Of a DNA stretch of 64,000 bases, positions 21,026 to 31,800 are shown in pieces; the stretch's first letter is position 1, and each line of letters starts with the position of its first letter. Below the pieces are notes generated by a model. The model was not told the DNA's origin. It was given only the letters and a program-made list of their open reading frames with translations, and made no database searches. The DNA comes from Candidatus Latescibacterota bacterium (lineage in GTDB: Bacteria; Latescibacterota; UBA2968). Made by a program: the position numbers and the translations under genes. The DNA lies in contig OZ240241.1 of assembly GCA_965198115.1 (NCBI GenBank), forward strand, positions 4,000,001 through 4,064,000. Direction: 5' to 3'.

Positions 21026-21375
21026 GAGCCTTTACATCCCTTCCGTTGCCACAAGACGCCGTAAGCACATCAATCCACATAAAAAATTCACATCTGAAAG
21101 CTGATCCAGGCCGAATAAAGCGTTCTGGTGCCTTCGATTCACGAAAACTTAATTTCCCTTGTTTGTACCGGATCGTGGCTTAAAAAGCCTGTATGGAGGT
21201 TTGGCGGGGGTGAACGGGTGTCGGGAAGGCAGGTAGGACAGTTTCTTTTGAGGAATTATGAATAGAAGCAATTGCGAGAGAACATGAAGACGAATTCATA
21301 GGGAATTATATACCTGAGTGCCCAGGGAGGGGGTCTAGCATTGCTTGACTTCGTGTACCATCAGGATGAAGTCCC

Positions 21376-22205
21376 TCATCCAACGACCAAGGCTTCCGTC
21401 ATTCCGTTCCGTAGGCTCTCGGTCGCGCCCAAGTGGTAGAAATGCGAGAAGGTCCTGATCTTGTATTCCGCAAAGGCTTCGTGCAGTCGCTCATTCTTCC
21501 GGTACTTGTTCTCCGACCACATGGAATACAGGAATGGACAGGGCAGTGCCTTCAATCCATCTTCCAGGCGCAAAGCATCTTCGTCGGTCCATGTGTTGAA
21601 ATAGTCAGTGAACCGGCCAGCATAGGGGGGGTCTGCGTAGACGAAATCATCCTGCCGGACTTCGTTCAGAATATCCGTCCAGTCGGCATGGACGAATTTC
21701 CAATCCTTGCCCCTCATCACTGTCCGCGACCTTCTCAACCTGATTGCATATCTTCGTGATGTAGGCGGGACGAAACCGCTCCGGTTTTCGGCAGAATGGG
21801 GTGTTGAAGCGTCCCTTTTTGTTGAACCGCATGAGACCGTTGAAGCATGAACGGTTGAGAAAAAGAAAATCGTGCGGATCGTGGTTGGCATTGAAGCGTT
21901 CCCACCCGATAGTAATGCTCTTGGCCGTCTCGCAAGAGTTCTGCCCCTTCCCGCTCCAAGAACTCGCGCACCGAGCTGGCGGTAAGCGTACTCCGCTGAA
22001 CGGCTTGGTAGAAGTGGATCAGGTGACAGTTCGTATCGCCCAGCAACGCACGATCTGGGTTGATGTTCATAGGCACGACGGTGGAGCCGACAAAAGGCTC
22101 TACCCATTTGCCCTCTCCGTCCCAAACGGCGCTCTCTCGGATAAGTGGGACGATCTTCGTCTTGATGCCCTGCATCTTGAGCGGCGGGACGAGAACGCCG
22201 GTCAC
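21376..22205 (-). pseudogene. Dam-family (D12) N6-adenine methyltransferase, M.EcoRV-like; two frameshifts
   Basis: [50 protein letters not shown]; shifts near 21900 and 21720. Confidence 0.88.
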
Positions 22206-22519
22206 GCGACCAGTTCCCGATACCGGAGCTGCATCCCTTCAAGGCCCCGGACAATCGCCCGCATCTGTTGGATGGTATCGAGCGGACGGATGTTGTGACG
22301 GTCGCTGAACTCGTTGACGTAAACGCTGAAGGTGTTTTGGGGATATTCGATGGTAGATGCCTCAACGCAATGGTAAGAAAATTCTGGGCATTCAGGTATG
22401 TAATTCCCCAAAGAAAGGCAAACAGGGCAACAGACAGTTTTTTCAGCGCACAGGCGGCATTGGAAGCGGTCTGCGGACCTTCGGTTTGCGCTTGGGTGTA
22501 CTCTCCGGTGTACTCGCAT
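22202..22519 (-). CDS. Hypothetical Cys-rich protein
   Basis: 105-aa ORF, CRLC..CCPVC, GTGA overlap with the methylase start; its own start is uncertain. Confidence 0.4.
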   Translation of the reverse strand: MRVHRRVHPSANRRSADRFQCRLCAEKTVCCPVCLSLGNYIPECPEFSYHCVEASTIEYPQNTFSVYVNEFSDRHNIRPLDTIQQMRAIVRGLEGMQLRYRELVA

Positions 22520-24071
22520 TCGTGAGCGGTAGGCCTACAGGGTCCTGCGACTGTTCTCCGTCGGGAGACAAGTTCATAAGTGAGGGTACTCTGTCCTGAA
22601 TCGTCACATTATCCACTGCCATGTAGGGACGGGCCCCCGTCGCATTGTTCGGGTCCGTGATGACCGTCACGTCGAATGTCTTTCGGCTCGCACAGACCTT
22701 TAATCGCGACATCGAATGCCGCATCAGGGTGCTACTGTCGTTGTCGAAGAAATCCACGATCCGCGCCGACTTGTGCTTACCCGTGCCGGATGCGCGGAGT
22801 ACGCGACCGATCCGTTGAACCATTAGCTTATCCGACTTCATCCCGCCTGCAACAATCAGGGTGTCCAGTGATGGAATGTCTACGCCCTCGCCGAGGATAG
22901 TACCCACGATACACAGGAGTTTTTTCTTCTCGAACGCAGCAATCGCAGCCGCCCGCTCCTGTGCCGTAGACTTCCCATGAAGGAACACACAACCGGGAAT
23001 CATATTGCTGAGCACGGACCCATGCTGCTCGATCCGCTCGACGGAGATCAGCACCGACCTGCCCGCCTTCATGTCCTCTGCCGCTATTTTGGCGATCATG
23101 GCGTTGCGCCGTGCGTTTCCGAGCAGGTCCTGTTCGTACTTCTCGTGCCACGGTCGTCGTTTCTTGGCTGAAGTGGTGTGTGTAAACACCTCGTGGAACT
23201 CTACTGCCGGACGCGACAGAATACCCCGCTCGACGAGCTCATCCGTACCGACACTGGAGATCACACGGCCCGTCGCCGCTTCGAGGAGCCTGCGCCCTGC
23301 CTCGTCGTCTTTCCCCGGTGTAGCGGTGAACCCTATCCGATACCAGGCGTCGGACATCTGTACCAGCCGGTACCACGTATTGCCGGTCGCGTTCGGGGAC
23401 TTCGCTACGTGATGGCACTCGTCTACGATGATGCAGCCCGCGTTGGAAAGCAGGTCACGCACGTCCTGCGAGTCCTTTCTCTTCCAGAGTATCTGGGCCG
23501 TGCATACGACGAGCGGCTTGTACGGCTCCCATTGTCCGTCTCCGCATCGACCGATGTGCTCGGCTGGTATGATCTCCGCCAGGTCCCCTGGCCGTCTGTG
23601 CAAGCAGCGTCCGGTTCGGCACGAAGTAGATCGTGCGCCTGCATATCTTCTGGATGGTTACGGCGGCGGTAACCGTCTTGCCTGAGCCTGTGGCATGATG
23701 GACGATACCCCTTCCCTTCGCCAATGCTGCGTCCGAGGCTTCGATCTGGTAGTCGCGTAAGTGCATGGTCGTCTTGCCGAACTGGAAAGACGGGTGTACG
23801 TCCTTACGCATGTCTATGCTCTGCGAACTGAACCCCGCCTTGTCCAGGGCGGCTACGATACCGGGCGTCCATCCGGACGGAAAGGCTCCGGTGCGCTGCG
23901 ACAGGGTAGCAGGCATGCTTGGGATTGGCGACGAACTTCCTTCTTCGCCGGTCGTAGTAGAAGTCCGTCCACTTGATCGTGCATACGCGCCTGATGACCC
24001 TCAGGGCCATCGCACTGTCCGTGGCAGCGATCGAATACGATGTTGTGAAGCGCGATCCTTACGTCATCCAT
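22443..24071 (-). pseudogene. SF2 DEAD/DEAH helicase (XPB/UvsW-like), several frameshifts
   Basis: LRDYQ, ATGSGKT, DECHH, GFTATP, EGVDIP and QRIGRVLR motifs spread across frames; AGGAGA RBS before 24071. Confidence 0.88.
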
Positions 24072-24091
24072 GTCAGAAATTCTCCTGTGTA

Positions 24092-25465
24092 GAGCTATAA
24101 TCAAAAGGTGTGGAAAAAGAGAAAGGGCGACCCTACCCTTCCCGTGAGATAGTTGATTCACACAAAACCGGGTGAGAGGCCCGGTTGGGAAGGAGGATCG
24201 CCGTGAAGGAACATACGCATAGAGCCCCATTGAAGTCCATGCCGACGTGGGAGACGGTTGACGATTGGATCCGTGAAGAGATCCAGGGCCGGTTCCAGTT
24301 CATTCTGGAGGAGGAGGCGACCGCGTTCTTGGGCCGGTCGTGGTATGAGCGCCGAGCCGAGGTCGATAGCTCCAGGGGCTACAGGAACGGCTACGGCAAG
24401 CCCCGGCGTCTCTCGACGAGCTGCGGAACGATCAAGGTCCGGCGTCCCCGGGTTCGTGGTCTGGAAGAGCGGTTTGAAAGCCGCATCCTCCCCCTGTTCG
24501 CCCGGAGAACCAGGGCCATTGGAGATCTGCTTCCCGACCTTTATCTCCACGGTCTCTCCCAGGGCGACTTCGAGTTGTCTTTGCGTGCGCTGCTCGGTGA
24601 TGGCGCGCCGCTTTCGCCGACCTCGATCGCTCGTCTTCGAGGGAAGTGGGAGGTCGACTTCCAGGACTGGAAAGAAAGGCGTCTGGATAATCGCGAACTG
24701 GTCTACGCCTGGGCTGATGGCATCTACGTCAAAGCCGGGCTCGAGCGCGAGAAGGCGTGTCTGCTGGTCGTGATCGGCGCGATGAGCGACGGCAGCAAGG
24801 AGATCCTGGCGATAGAACCCGGTTATCGAGAGTCTACAGAATCCTGGCTCACGGTGCTACGGGATCTCCGGGATCGCGGGCTCGAACATCCTGTCCTGAT
24901 CGCCGCGGACGGGAATATGGGCATCTGGGCGGCCGTTGATCAGGTCTGGCCAGAGAGCCGGCAACAACGGTGCTGGAACCACAAGATCCTCAACGTGCTC
25001 GACAAGGTCGCCAAGCGTGCACAGGCTGAAGCCCGCGCACTGCTCGTCCAGATCCCCTATGCCGGCACGAAAAAGGAGGCCGAGAAGCTCCGGAAACGCT
25101 TTGCCGCACGGTATCGCTCACAGTTCCCTGCCGCCGTGGAGACGCTCGAAAGAGACTGGGATCGGATGGTCACGTTCTACGACTTCCCGAAGGAACACTG
25201 GAAACACCTGAGAACCACGAACGTCGTCGAGAGCCCCTTTGCTTCCGTTCGGCTTCGCACAAACGCCGCCAGGCGATTCAAGAAAGTCAGGAACGCCACG
25301 ACTCTCATCTGGCGTACGCTCAAGGTCGCAGAGAGCCGATTCAGGAAACTCACCGCGCCACACTTGCTACAACAAGTCTACGATCAGAAACACTCAACCG
25401 GACCGCAGGTCGAAGCCGGGAAGATGGCCGCCTGATTTCTTTTACACACCTATTGACCTGAGCTC
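24092..25465 (+). mobile_element. IS256-family element, intact copy
   Basis: IRs GAGCTATAATCAAAAGGTGTG / CACACCTATTGACCTGAGCTC; no matching flanking duplication. Confidence 0.95.
24185..25435 (+). CDS. IS256-family transposase
   Basis: YRNGY, WADG, ADG, QRCWNH and RTTNVVES motifs; exact start uncertain. Confidence 0.95.
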   Translation: MGRRIAVKEHTHRAPLKSMPTWETVDDWIREEIQGRFQFILEEEATAFLGRSWYERRAEVDSSRGYRNGYGKPRRLSTSCGTIKVRRPRVRGLEERFESRILPLFARRTRAIGDLLPDLYLHGLSQGDFELSLRALLGDGAPLSPTSIARLRGKWEVDFQDWKERRLDNRELVYAWADGIYVKAGLEREKACLLVVIGAMSDGSKEILAIEPGYRESTESWLTVLRDLRDRGLEHPVLIAADGNMGIWAAVDQVWPESRQQRCWNHKILNVLDKVAKRAQAEARALLVQIPYAGTKKEAEKLRKRFAARYRSQFPAAVETLERDWDRMVTFYDFPKEHWKHLRTTNVVESPFASVRLRTNAARRFKKVRNATTLIWRTLKVAESRFRKLTAPHLLQQVYDQKHSTGPQVEAGKMAA

Positions 25466-25669
25466 CCCATACCTCCTTCCCCATCAACACACCTCATGTT
25501 TAATCACAATCAAGAGAGTTTCATATCCACTACAGATTGCCCACCAATTGTAGCCTCGATGAAGCCTTAGAAGGGTGGATGCGGCTGGTTCTGATGGACA
25601 CTGGATGGACACTGGATGAAAGGCTACGGGCGACTCATCATCGAGCCGCCCGTAAGTCGTTATTTATAT

Positions 25670-25756
25670 TGGTGCCGAAGGCGGGGGTCGAACCCGCACG
25701 GGCTTGCGCCCACTGGATTTTGAGTCCAGCGCGTCTACCAGTTCCACCACTTCGGC
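25670..25756 (-). tRNA. tRNA-Leu (CAA)
   Basis: GCCGAAG acceptor, CTCAAAA anticodon loop, long variable arm, GGTTCGAC, encoded CCA. Confidence 0.97.
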
Positions 25757-25970
25757 ACGCTATATCCGGTTGCCAGGGAGCAGCGATTCGCTCCTCCCGG
25801 CTACCCTATTCTATACCATACCGTCCGTACGATCAACGATCGAAGTCTGTATCCATCGCCGTCGGAGGTCAACTTCACCGACAACCCACGTAGGCGAAGC
25901 CGCCTGTCCGCCGAGACCGTGTAGTGGCGAAGGCGGGTAGCCGCCGTCTACCTTCATCGACACCGGCCTC

Positions 25971-26426
25971 TCAGTCCCAATCCTCTCCCGCGGGTCTGAT
26001 GGCACGAGGCGGGCCCAGGATCTCCGCGTAGAGAATGCCTCGCAAAACCGCACGGCGATCGAACCTCAAAGTGTGACGCCGTGATCGCCGTGATCGCTCA
26101 TACACCGACGCTCCGCGCACATCGACCAACTCCGCAATACGCTCCTCGGCCTCGTGCTGAACCAGAACGCGTTCGATACCAGGCACTTCAGCGGGCAGAT
26201 GTTCGGCAGGCTGAGGCGTGACACGTTTGGGCGGCTCCGGTTCTGGTTCCTCCAGACGGCCCCAGTCGAACGTGTCGAACACATCCTCTTCGTCCTCTTC
26301 CACCGGTCCAGGTGATCGTCGATCTACTCGCTTTTCTTCCGCGCGCCTCGATTGATAGCGATTCACGAGCGACGAAACGATGCTGAACAGAATGAAGAGG
26401 ATAACCAGAACATCAAAACTCATCAC
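25971..26426 (-). CDS. YqfB-like hypothetical protein with N-terminal TM
   Basis: C-terminal RGILYAEILGPPRA; downstream of floA. Confidence 0.75.
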   Translation of the reverse strand: MMSFDVLVILFILFSIVSSLVNRYQSRRAEEKRVDRRSPGPVEEDEEDVFDTFDWGRLEEPEPEPPKRVTPQPAEHLPAEVPGIERVLVQHEAEERIAELVDVRGASVYERSRRSRRHTLRFDRRAVLRGILYAEILGPPRAIRPAGEDWD

Positions 26427-26542
26427 AATCTCCGATCATCCCAAAAGCAAGCAGGGCGAAGCCGTCTCTACTTTTGTAACTGGTCAGTGGTCACTGATCA
26501 CTCCCGTCCACCGCCCACGGCCGACTGCCCACCGCCCACAGT

Positions 26543-27532
26543 TTAGTTCTCCTCCGTATCCGACGACTCACCCGAATCTCCAGCAATACCTTCCCGCATA
26601 TCCGTATCCGCCTGGATATTCCGCATGCGGTAGTAGTCCATCACACCCAGATTACCTTCCCGGAAGGCCTCTGCCATCGCACGAGGTACTTCCGCCTCCG
26701 CCTCCACTACACGTGAACGCATTTCCTGCACACGCGCCGTCATCTCCTGTTCCTGGGCAACCGCCATGGCCCGACGCTCCTCCGCCCTCGCCTGCGCGAT
26801 CTTGCGATCGGCTTCTGCCTGGTCCGTTTGCAACGCGGCACCGATGTTTTCACCCACGTCTACATCGGCAACGTCGATGGACAGGATCTCAAACGCCGTT
26901 CCCGAATCCAATCCCTTGTCCAGAACCGTTCTCGAGATCATGTCCGGATTCTCAAGCACGTCCTTGTGCGAATCGGCCGAGCCGATCGTCGTGACGATGC
27001 CCTCACCTACTCTCGCGATGATCGTCTCCTCGCCGGCGCCTCCGACCAAACGCTCGATGTTCGCCCGGACGGTCACCCGCGACGTCGCCTTCACCTGAAT
27101 GCCGTCCTTGGCCACCGCCGTCACCATCGGGGTTGAAATTACCTTCGGGTTGACGCTCACCTGGACGGCTTCGAACACATCACGACCAGCAAGATCGATC
27201 GCGGCAGCGCGTTCTGGCGTCAAAGTGATTCCCGCCTTATCCGCAGCGATCAATGCGCCTACGACCTTGCTCACATCGCCACCGGCCAGGTAATGCGCCT
27301 CCAGGAAGGTGGTCGAGATTTCCACACCTGCCTTCGAGGCATTGATCTGCGAGTTCACAATCACGCTCGGCGGGACTCGGCGAAGACGCATGCCGATCAT
27401 CTCGCCAATGCCGATTCGCACGTGGGCGGCCAGAGCCGCGACCCAGAGCGCAACCGGAATAAAATAGAAGAACAGCAGCAGAAAGACTACGACTGCCACG
27501 ACCATCAGAAGAAACAGGATGGACTCCATCAA
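26543..27532 (-). CDS. floA: Flotillin-like protein FloA (YqfA)
   Basis: [32 protein letters not shown]. Confidence 0.95.
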   Translation of the reverse strand: MMESILFLLMVVAVVVFLLLFFYFIPVALWVAALAAHVRIGIGEMIGMRLRRVPPSVIVNSQINASKAGVEISTTFLEAHYLAGGDVSKVVGALIAADKAGITLTPERAAAIDLAGRDVFEAVQVSVNPKVISTPMVTAVAKDGIQVKATSRVTVRANIERLVGGAGEETIIARVGEGIVTTIGSADSHKDVLENPDMISRTVLDKGLDSGTAFEILSIDVADVDVGENIGAALQTDQAEADRKIAQARAEERRAMAVAQEQEMTARVQEMRSRVVEAEAEVPRAMAEAFREGNLGVMDYYRMRNIQADTDMREGIAGDSGESSDTEEN

Positions 27533-27550
27533 AACATCTCCTATCGGCCC

Positions 27551-28885
27551 TTACACGTCCGCCGACTGCCTCACTACGATCCGATTGCCTTCGACCTCGA
27601 CCACGGTGATCGAGGTCTCCTTGACCAGGTAGTCACCCTCGGTCGTGACGCTCACGCGCTTGCCATCGAAAAGCCCCGTGCCTCCCGGACGAAGATCCGT
27701 GTAGGCTGTTCCCGTAGTACCAACTAGGTCATCATACTCGGACGCAGCAGAGTAGCCCGCTTCCCCGGCCTCCAGGACCACCCGACTCCAGGTTCGAGAG
27801 TGTGGAAGCCTTCGAAGCAACAGATAGCCAAGGACCGTCGTCAGCATCATCGCGAACATCAAGGGACGTACGGCGATACCGACCGAATCCCAGGTCCAGA
27901 GTTCGGTCCTACCCATCAGACTCAGGAACATGCTCGCCAGAATGAACACCACACCCGGCACCGCCAGAAGTCCGAATCCCATCACGAAGAAGACATCAGC
28001 CAGTACAAGGGCGACACCTAACACGAACAGGAGAACCTCTGTCCAGTTGGCGAGCTGAGCGATCAGATGACTGCCAAAGAAAAGTCCCAGACAGATCAGC
28101 GCCAGGCTGCCACCGATTCCCCACCCGGGACTCTGGATCTCGAAGATCAGCCCCAGGAACCCGAGCGTCATCAACATCGAAGCCACCATCGGATGAGTCA
28201 GCCACCGAACCGCCTGTTCTGCCCAGTTGACGGTCTGCCTCACGACAGTTGCATCTTCGAGCTCGAAATGGTCAAGCAATTCCTTCATCTTCTCGGCTGC
28301 CGCCTCGGCGGTGATCTTGTACTCGGCGATTCCTTCCTTGAGCGCTTCCTCGGTCGTCAGCGTCAGCAGCTTGCCCTTCGGGGCCAAACCCTCGATCTCA
28401 ACATCCTCGTCGACCATGGCCTCGGCGAGCTCCGGACGACGACCGGTCTTCTCTGCAGTGGCCTTCATCTCGTTGCGAAAGTACGAGATGACCTTCTCGC
28501 TCGCCTTGTTCCCCTGCATGTCGACGGCCGTTGCCGCACCGATCGTGCCGCCTTCTGCCATCACGATATGGTCCGTTGAGAGGGAAATCAGCGCACCGGC
28601 AGAAATGGCACGCGGATTGATAAATGCGATCGTCCGGACCTCGCTGTAGAGCAAGGCATCCCGAATGGTTAGCGCCGCATCGAGGGCTCCCCCGGGAGTG
28701 TCGATTTCGAGCACCACGGCGGCGGCACCGCTCGCATCGGCTTCATCCATCACCCTTGCCACGAACGCCGCCAGCCCCTTCTCGATCGTCCCATTGATGG
28801 GAATCACAAGGACCTCTTCCGCACGGCCGGCCCCTGGCCAGAGAAGCAGCATCAGACAGCAGATATGGAAAAAAAGCTTCACCAT
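27551..28885 (-). CDS. NfeD family membrane-bound serine protease (YqeZ-like)
   Basis: IDTPGG, AISAGALI, GKLLTLT, C-terminal TDLRPGG OB fold. Confidence 0.92.
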   Translation of the reverse strand: MVKLFFHICCLMLLLWPGAGRAEEVLVIPINGTIEKGLAAFVARVMDEADASGAAAVVLEIDTPGGALDAALTIRDALLYSEVRTIAFINPRAISAGALISLSTDHIVMAEGGTIGAATAVDMQGNKASEKVISYFRNEMKATAEKTGRRPELAEAMVDEDVEIEGLAPKGKLLTLTTEEALKEGIAEYKITAEAAAEKMKELLDHFELEDATVVRQTVNWAEQAVRWLTHPMVASMLMTLGFLGLIFEIQSPGWGIGGSLALICLGLFFGSHLIAQLANWTEVLLFVLGVALVLADVFFVMGFGLLAVPGVVFILASMFLSLMGRTELWTWDSVGIAVRPLMFAMMLTTVLGYLLLRRLPHSRTWSRVVLEAGEAGYSAASEYDDLVGTTGTAYTDLRPGGTGLFDGKRVSVTTEGDYLVKETSITVVEVEGNRIVVRQSADV

Positions 28886-28913
28886 CGGACCTCTCCTTTA
28901 CGAACCTCGACGT

Positions 28914-28942
28914 TATGTACCATATTGCAATAGGGTTGTCAA
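28914..28942 (-). promoter_or_regulatory. Sigma70-like promoter of the nfeD operon
   Basis: TTGACA-N17-TACATA; palindrome TATTGCAATA in the spacer. Confidence 0.55.
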
Positions 28943-29079
28943 TGCGGCGCAGCCCATTCAGCCCAGGCATTGAAGTTGGGACAACCAATGGTGCCGGACG
29001 TCCCGCCGTTTCACGAGAATAAGTCATCAGGTGTCTGCTCGGTGGGGCGATGTGTTCAGTGGTCTCAGTGGCCGGTTTC

Positions 29080-29108
29080 TTGACACGATTCTGGCCAGCG
29101 GGTATCTT
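29080..29108 (+). promoter_or_regulatory. Sigma70-like promoter of tRNA-Met
   Basis: TTGACA-N17-TATCTT. Confidence 0.7.
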
Positions 29109-29129
29109 TTTCCCTCCTGGAAACGACGT

Positions 29130-29206
29130 GGCGGTGTAGCTCAGCTGGTTAGAGCAGTGGAATCATAATCCACGTGTCGGGGGTTCGAATCCCTCCACCG
29201 CTACCA
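29130..29206 (+). tRNA. tRNA-Met (CAT), elongator type
   Basis: GGCGGTG acceptor, GTGGA-ATCATAA-TCCAC anticodon arm, GGTTCGAATCC, CCA; Ile2 identity not excluded. Confidence 0.93.
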
Positions 29207-29218
29207 CAAAAACAGAAA

Positions 29219-29250
29219 GCGCCCGCGTGATTGAACATCCTCGCGGGCGC
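29219..29250 (+). terminator. GC-rich hairpin after tRNA-Met
   Basis: GCGCCCGCG..CGCGGGCGC. Confidence 0.55.
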
Positions 29251-29267
29251 ATCTCGTTTCCCCACTA

Positions 29268-30823
29268 GGAGCCTGTCGGGTTACACCCGGAAGCTCGTTG
29301 AGATTAAGTCCAGCTGAGTCTGTCAGCGACCGGTTACCTTCGTTTTTTCCTTGAGCCGAGTTCCTCTTCGGGATCAGGTAGCCAATGAGAGTCGATAGAG
29401 TTTCAGAAGGTTGTGTGTGAGACAGATCAGGTTCCATTCTCTGATGACTTTGTGGATTCGGCGGAATGAGAATCGGGTGAAGTTCCGAACGGATTTGATC
29501 TGTCCAAACACGGGTTCGATGATCTGTTTTCTTTTTCAGTAGGTGCAGCGACCTTTCTGTGTGAGAAGCTTTCTCGCCATTTTGTCTTTCGTCGTTGCGC
29601 CCTTGGGGATCCGTCCCCTGGGGCAGGTCGCGATGGGCGTTCCATGTTTCTGTTTTGTCGTCGCCACATAGAGGTCGACGCCATCTGATTGAACCTGATC
29701 GACCTGACTTTGGTTGAAGTATCCGGTGTCGGCAGTGAGGTGCTTGGGTGTCGTGCCGCCCATATTCGCTCTGATCTGGTTGACCATAGGTGTCATCTGG
29801 TTCTTGTCATCAGCTTCTTGGGTGACGTCGGCAGCAACGACAATCTGGGCCTTGTCATCCACAGCAGCTTGGCAGTTGTAGGCTTGAAGGAATTGGCCCC
29901 CTGAGACCATGATCCGTGAGTCGGGATCGGTGAAGTTCAGTTGTTCCTTTCAGTCGGGCTCTTTCGATGGAGGCTTGGGCTTACGTCCACGACCGCCGCG
30001 GCGCTCCCGGGCCTTTACCTTCTCTTCATACGCTGCCTGCTTCTCAGGAAACTCAGCCTCCGCTTCGGCTTCGATCTCGGCTATTGCGTCGCGGATTACT
30101 TTGAGTCGAGTCTCCCGGTGCTGCAACTCCTCGGGCAACTCGTCGCCGCGGTTGTCCTTTCCGTAGAGTTCGTCTTCGGCCGCGTCAGTGGCTTCGGCCT
30201 CGGTCAAGAGTCTGCGCACTTCGGCCTCGATCTCGGCTTCTTTCTTCTTCATCCGGCCGTAGCTCATCGCTTTGTGTTTTGAGGCATTTGCTTTGACTTT
30301 CGTGCCATCCAACGCCACGTGTCCCAGCTTCACCAGACCTGCCTTCACGCAGAGACACAGCACTTGCCTGAACAGACCTGAGAGGGCATCCAGATGCCGT
30401 TGACGAAAGGTCGATATCGTGTCGTGATCAGGATGCTGATCCAGGCTGAGCACACGGAAAGCAACCGAGTCATAGGTCGCACGCTCGATCTTGCGGGAAC
30501 TCCTGATGCCTTCACAGTAACCATACAGCAGTAGGCTCACCATCATCCGGGGATCATACGGTGGCTGGCCACCTTGAGACCCATCGTAGGTCTCGTAGAT
30601 CGCGGACAAATCAAGTTGTCCGACGATATCCAGAATGAAGTAGGTCGGATGACCCTTGGGAAGCCAACTCCGGAGATCCGGAGGCAGCAACATCAACTGA
30701 GCCGGATTGTAGACACGAAACCGAGTAGAAGTGCTCAACGGAAACCTCCAATTCAGAGTCGGAACCTTGATCGCACTTCTACAATACGAAATCTTCCTCC
30801 GGCTGGGTACTCCGACAGGCTCC
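29268..30823 (-). mobile_element. IS1182-family element
   Basis: IRs GGAGCCTGTCGG / CCGACAGGCTCC flank the transposase. Confidence 0.88.
29374..30738 (-). pseudogene. IS1182 transposase with two in-frame TGA (29950, 29536)
   Basis: PPYDPRMM, PDHDTISTFR, LDGTKVKANAS, NFTDPDSRIM, YNCQ, ADTGY and IEPVFGQIK all in one frame. Confidence 0.9.
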
Positions 30824-30873
30824 GCCCGATTCAATGGGTCACTCCGCTTACCAGAAGGAACCCCTGTTCCCCG

Positions 30874-31785
30874 TTACCCCTCCGGGGTATCCGTCAGAAT
30901 GTCCTCGATGCGTGCCAGGGTCTCCTCTGACAGATCGAGCTCTCCCGCTACGAGATGATCATTCACCTGATCCGGTTTTTTCGCGCCAACCAGCACGCAA
31001 CTGACTGCCTTTTCGCGTAGACACCAGGCGATCGCGAGTTGAACCATCGTGATCCCCAGGTCAGCGGCAACCACCTTCAGGCGAGCCACAAGCGCGCAGT
31101 AGCGCTCGAACAGTTCGCCCTGAAAGCGAGGAGAATTCGATCGCTCGTCGTCGTCCGGAAAAACGTGACCGGGCGCGTACTTCCCTGTCAACAGCCCTTT
31201 ACCCAGAGGGCTGTGGGCAAGGTTTCCAATCCCCTTTTCTTCACAATAGGGCAGATCTTCCACCTCGATTTTGCGATCGACCAGGTTGTAGCGGGGCTGA
31301 CTCGAATGGAACGCCGCGATGCCGTACGCCTCTTCCATCTGAGAGGCGTTGAAATTGGAAACCCCGAGATATCGAGTCTTACCTTCTTCCTGCAGCCGTG
31401 CCATGGCCTCCATCGTCGCCTCGATCGGGTAACGATCGGCCCCCCAGCTGTGTACCTGATACAGATCCACGTGATCGACGTTCAACGCCTGCAGACTGTT
31501 GTCCATCGCCGTCTTCACATCTTTCGGTGAATAGTCACGGCTTACTTTCGTCGCGAGGAAGCAGCGATCGCGATATCCGTCCCGGAGCGCCTTTCCCAAC
31601 GTCGACTCACTCGTTCTGTAAGCTTGCGCCGTGTCCAGCAGAGTGATCCCGCCGTCGATCGCCGCACGTACGGTCGCAATCGATGCGGATTCGGCCATCG
31701 CTCCCATCCCGCCCCCAATCGGCCAGGCACCCAGCCCGATGACCGATACGTCTGAACCTCCTCGACCCAACTCACGCGTTCTCAT
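30874..31785 (-). CDS. Aldo/keto reductase
   Basis: GLGAW, DTAQAY, ATK, DLYQVH, GVSNF, SPLGKGLLTGK. Confidence 0.95.
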   Translation of the reverse strand: MRTRELGRGGSDVSVIGLGAWPIGGGMGAMAESASIATVRAAIDGGITLLDTAQAYRTSESTLGKALRDGYRDRCFLATKVSRDYSPKDVKTAMDNSLQALNVDHVDLYQVHSWGADRYPIEATMEAMARLQEEGKTRYLGVSNFNASQMEEAYGIAAFHSSQPRYNLVDRKIEVEDLPYCEEKGIGNLAHSPLGKGLLTGKYAPGHVFPDDDERSNSPRFQGELFERYCALVARLKVVAADLGITMVQLAIAWCLREKAVSCVLVGAKKPDQVNDHLVAGELDLSEETLARIEDILTDTPEG

Positions 31786-31800
31786 AGTTCCTCCGTTCAG

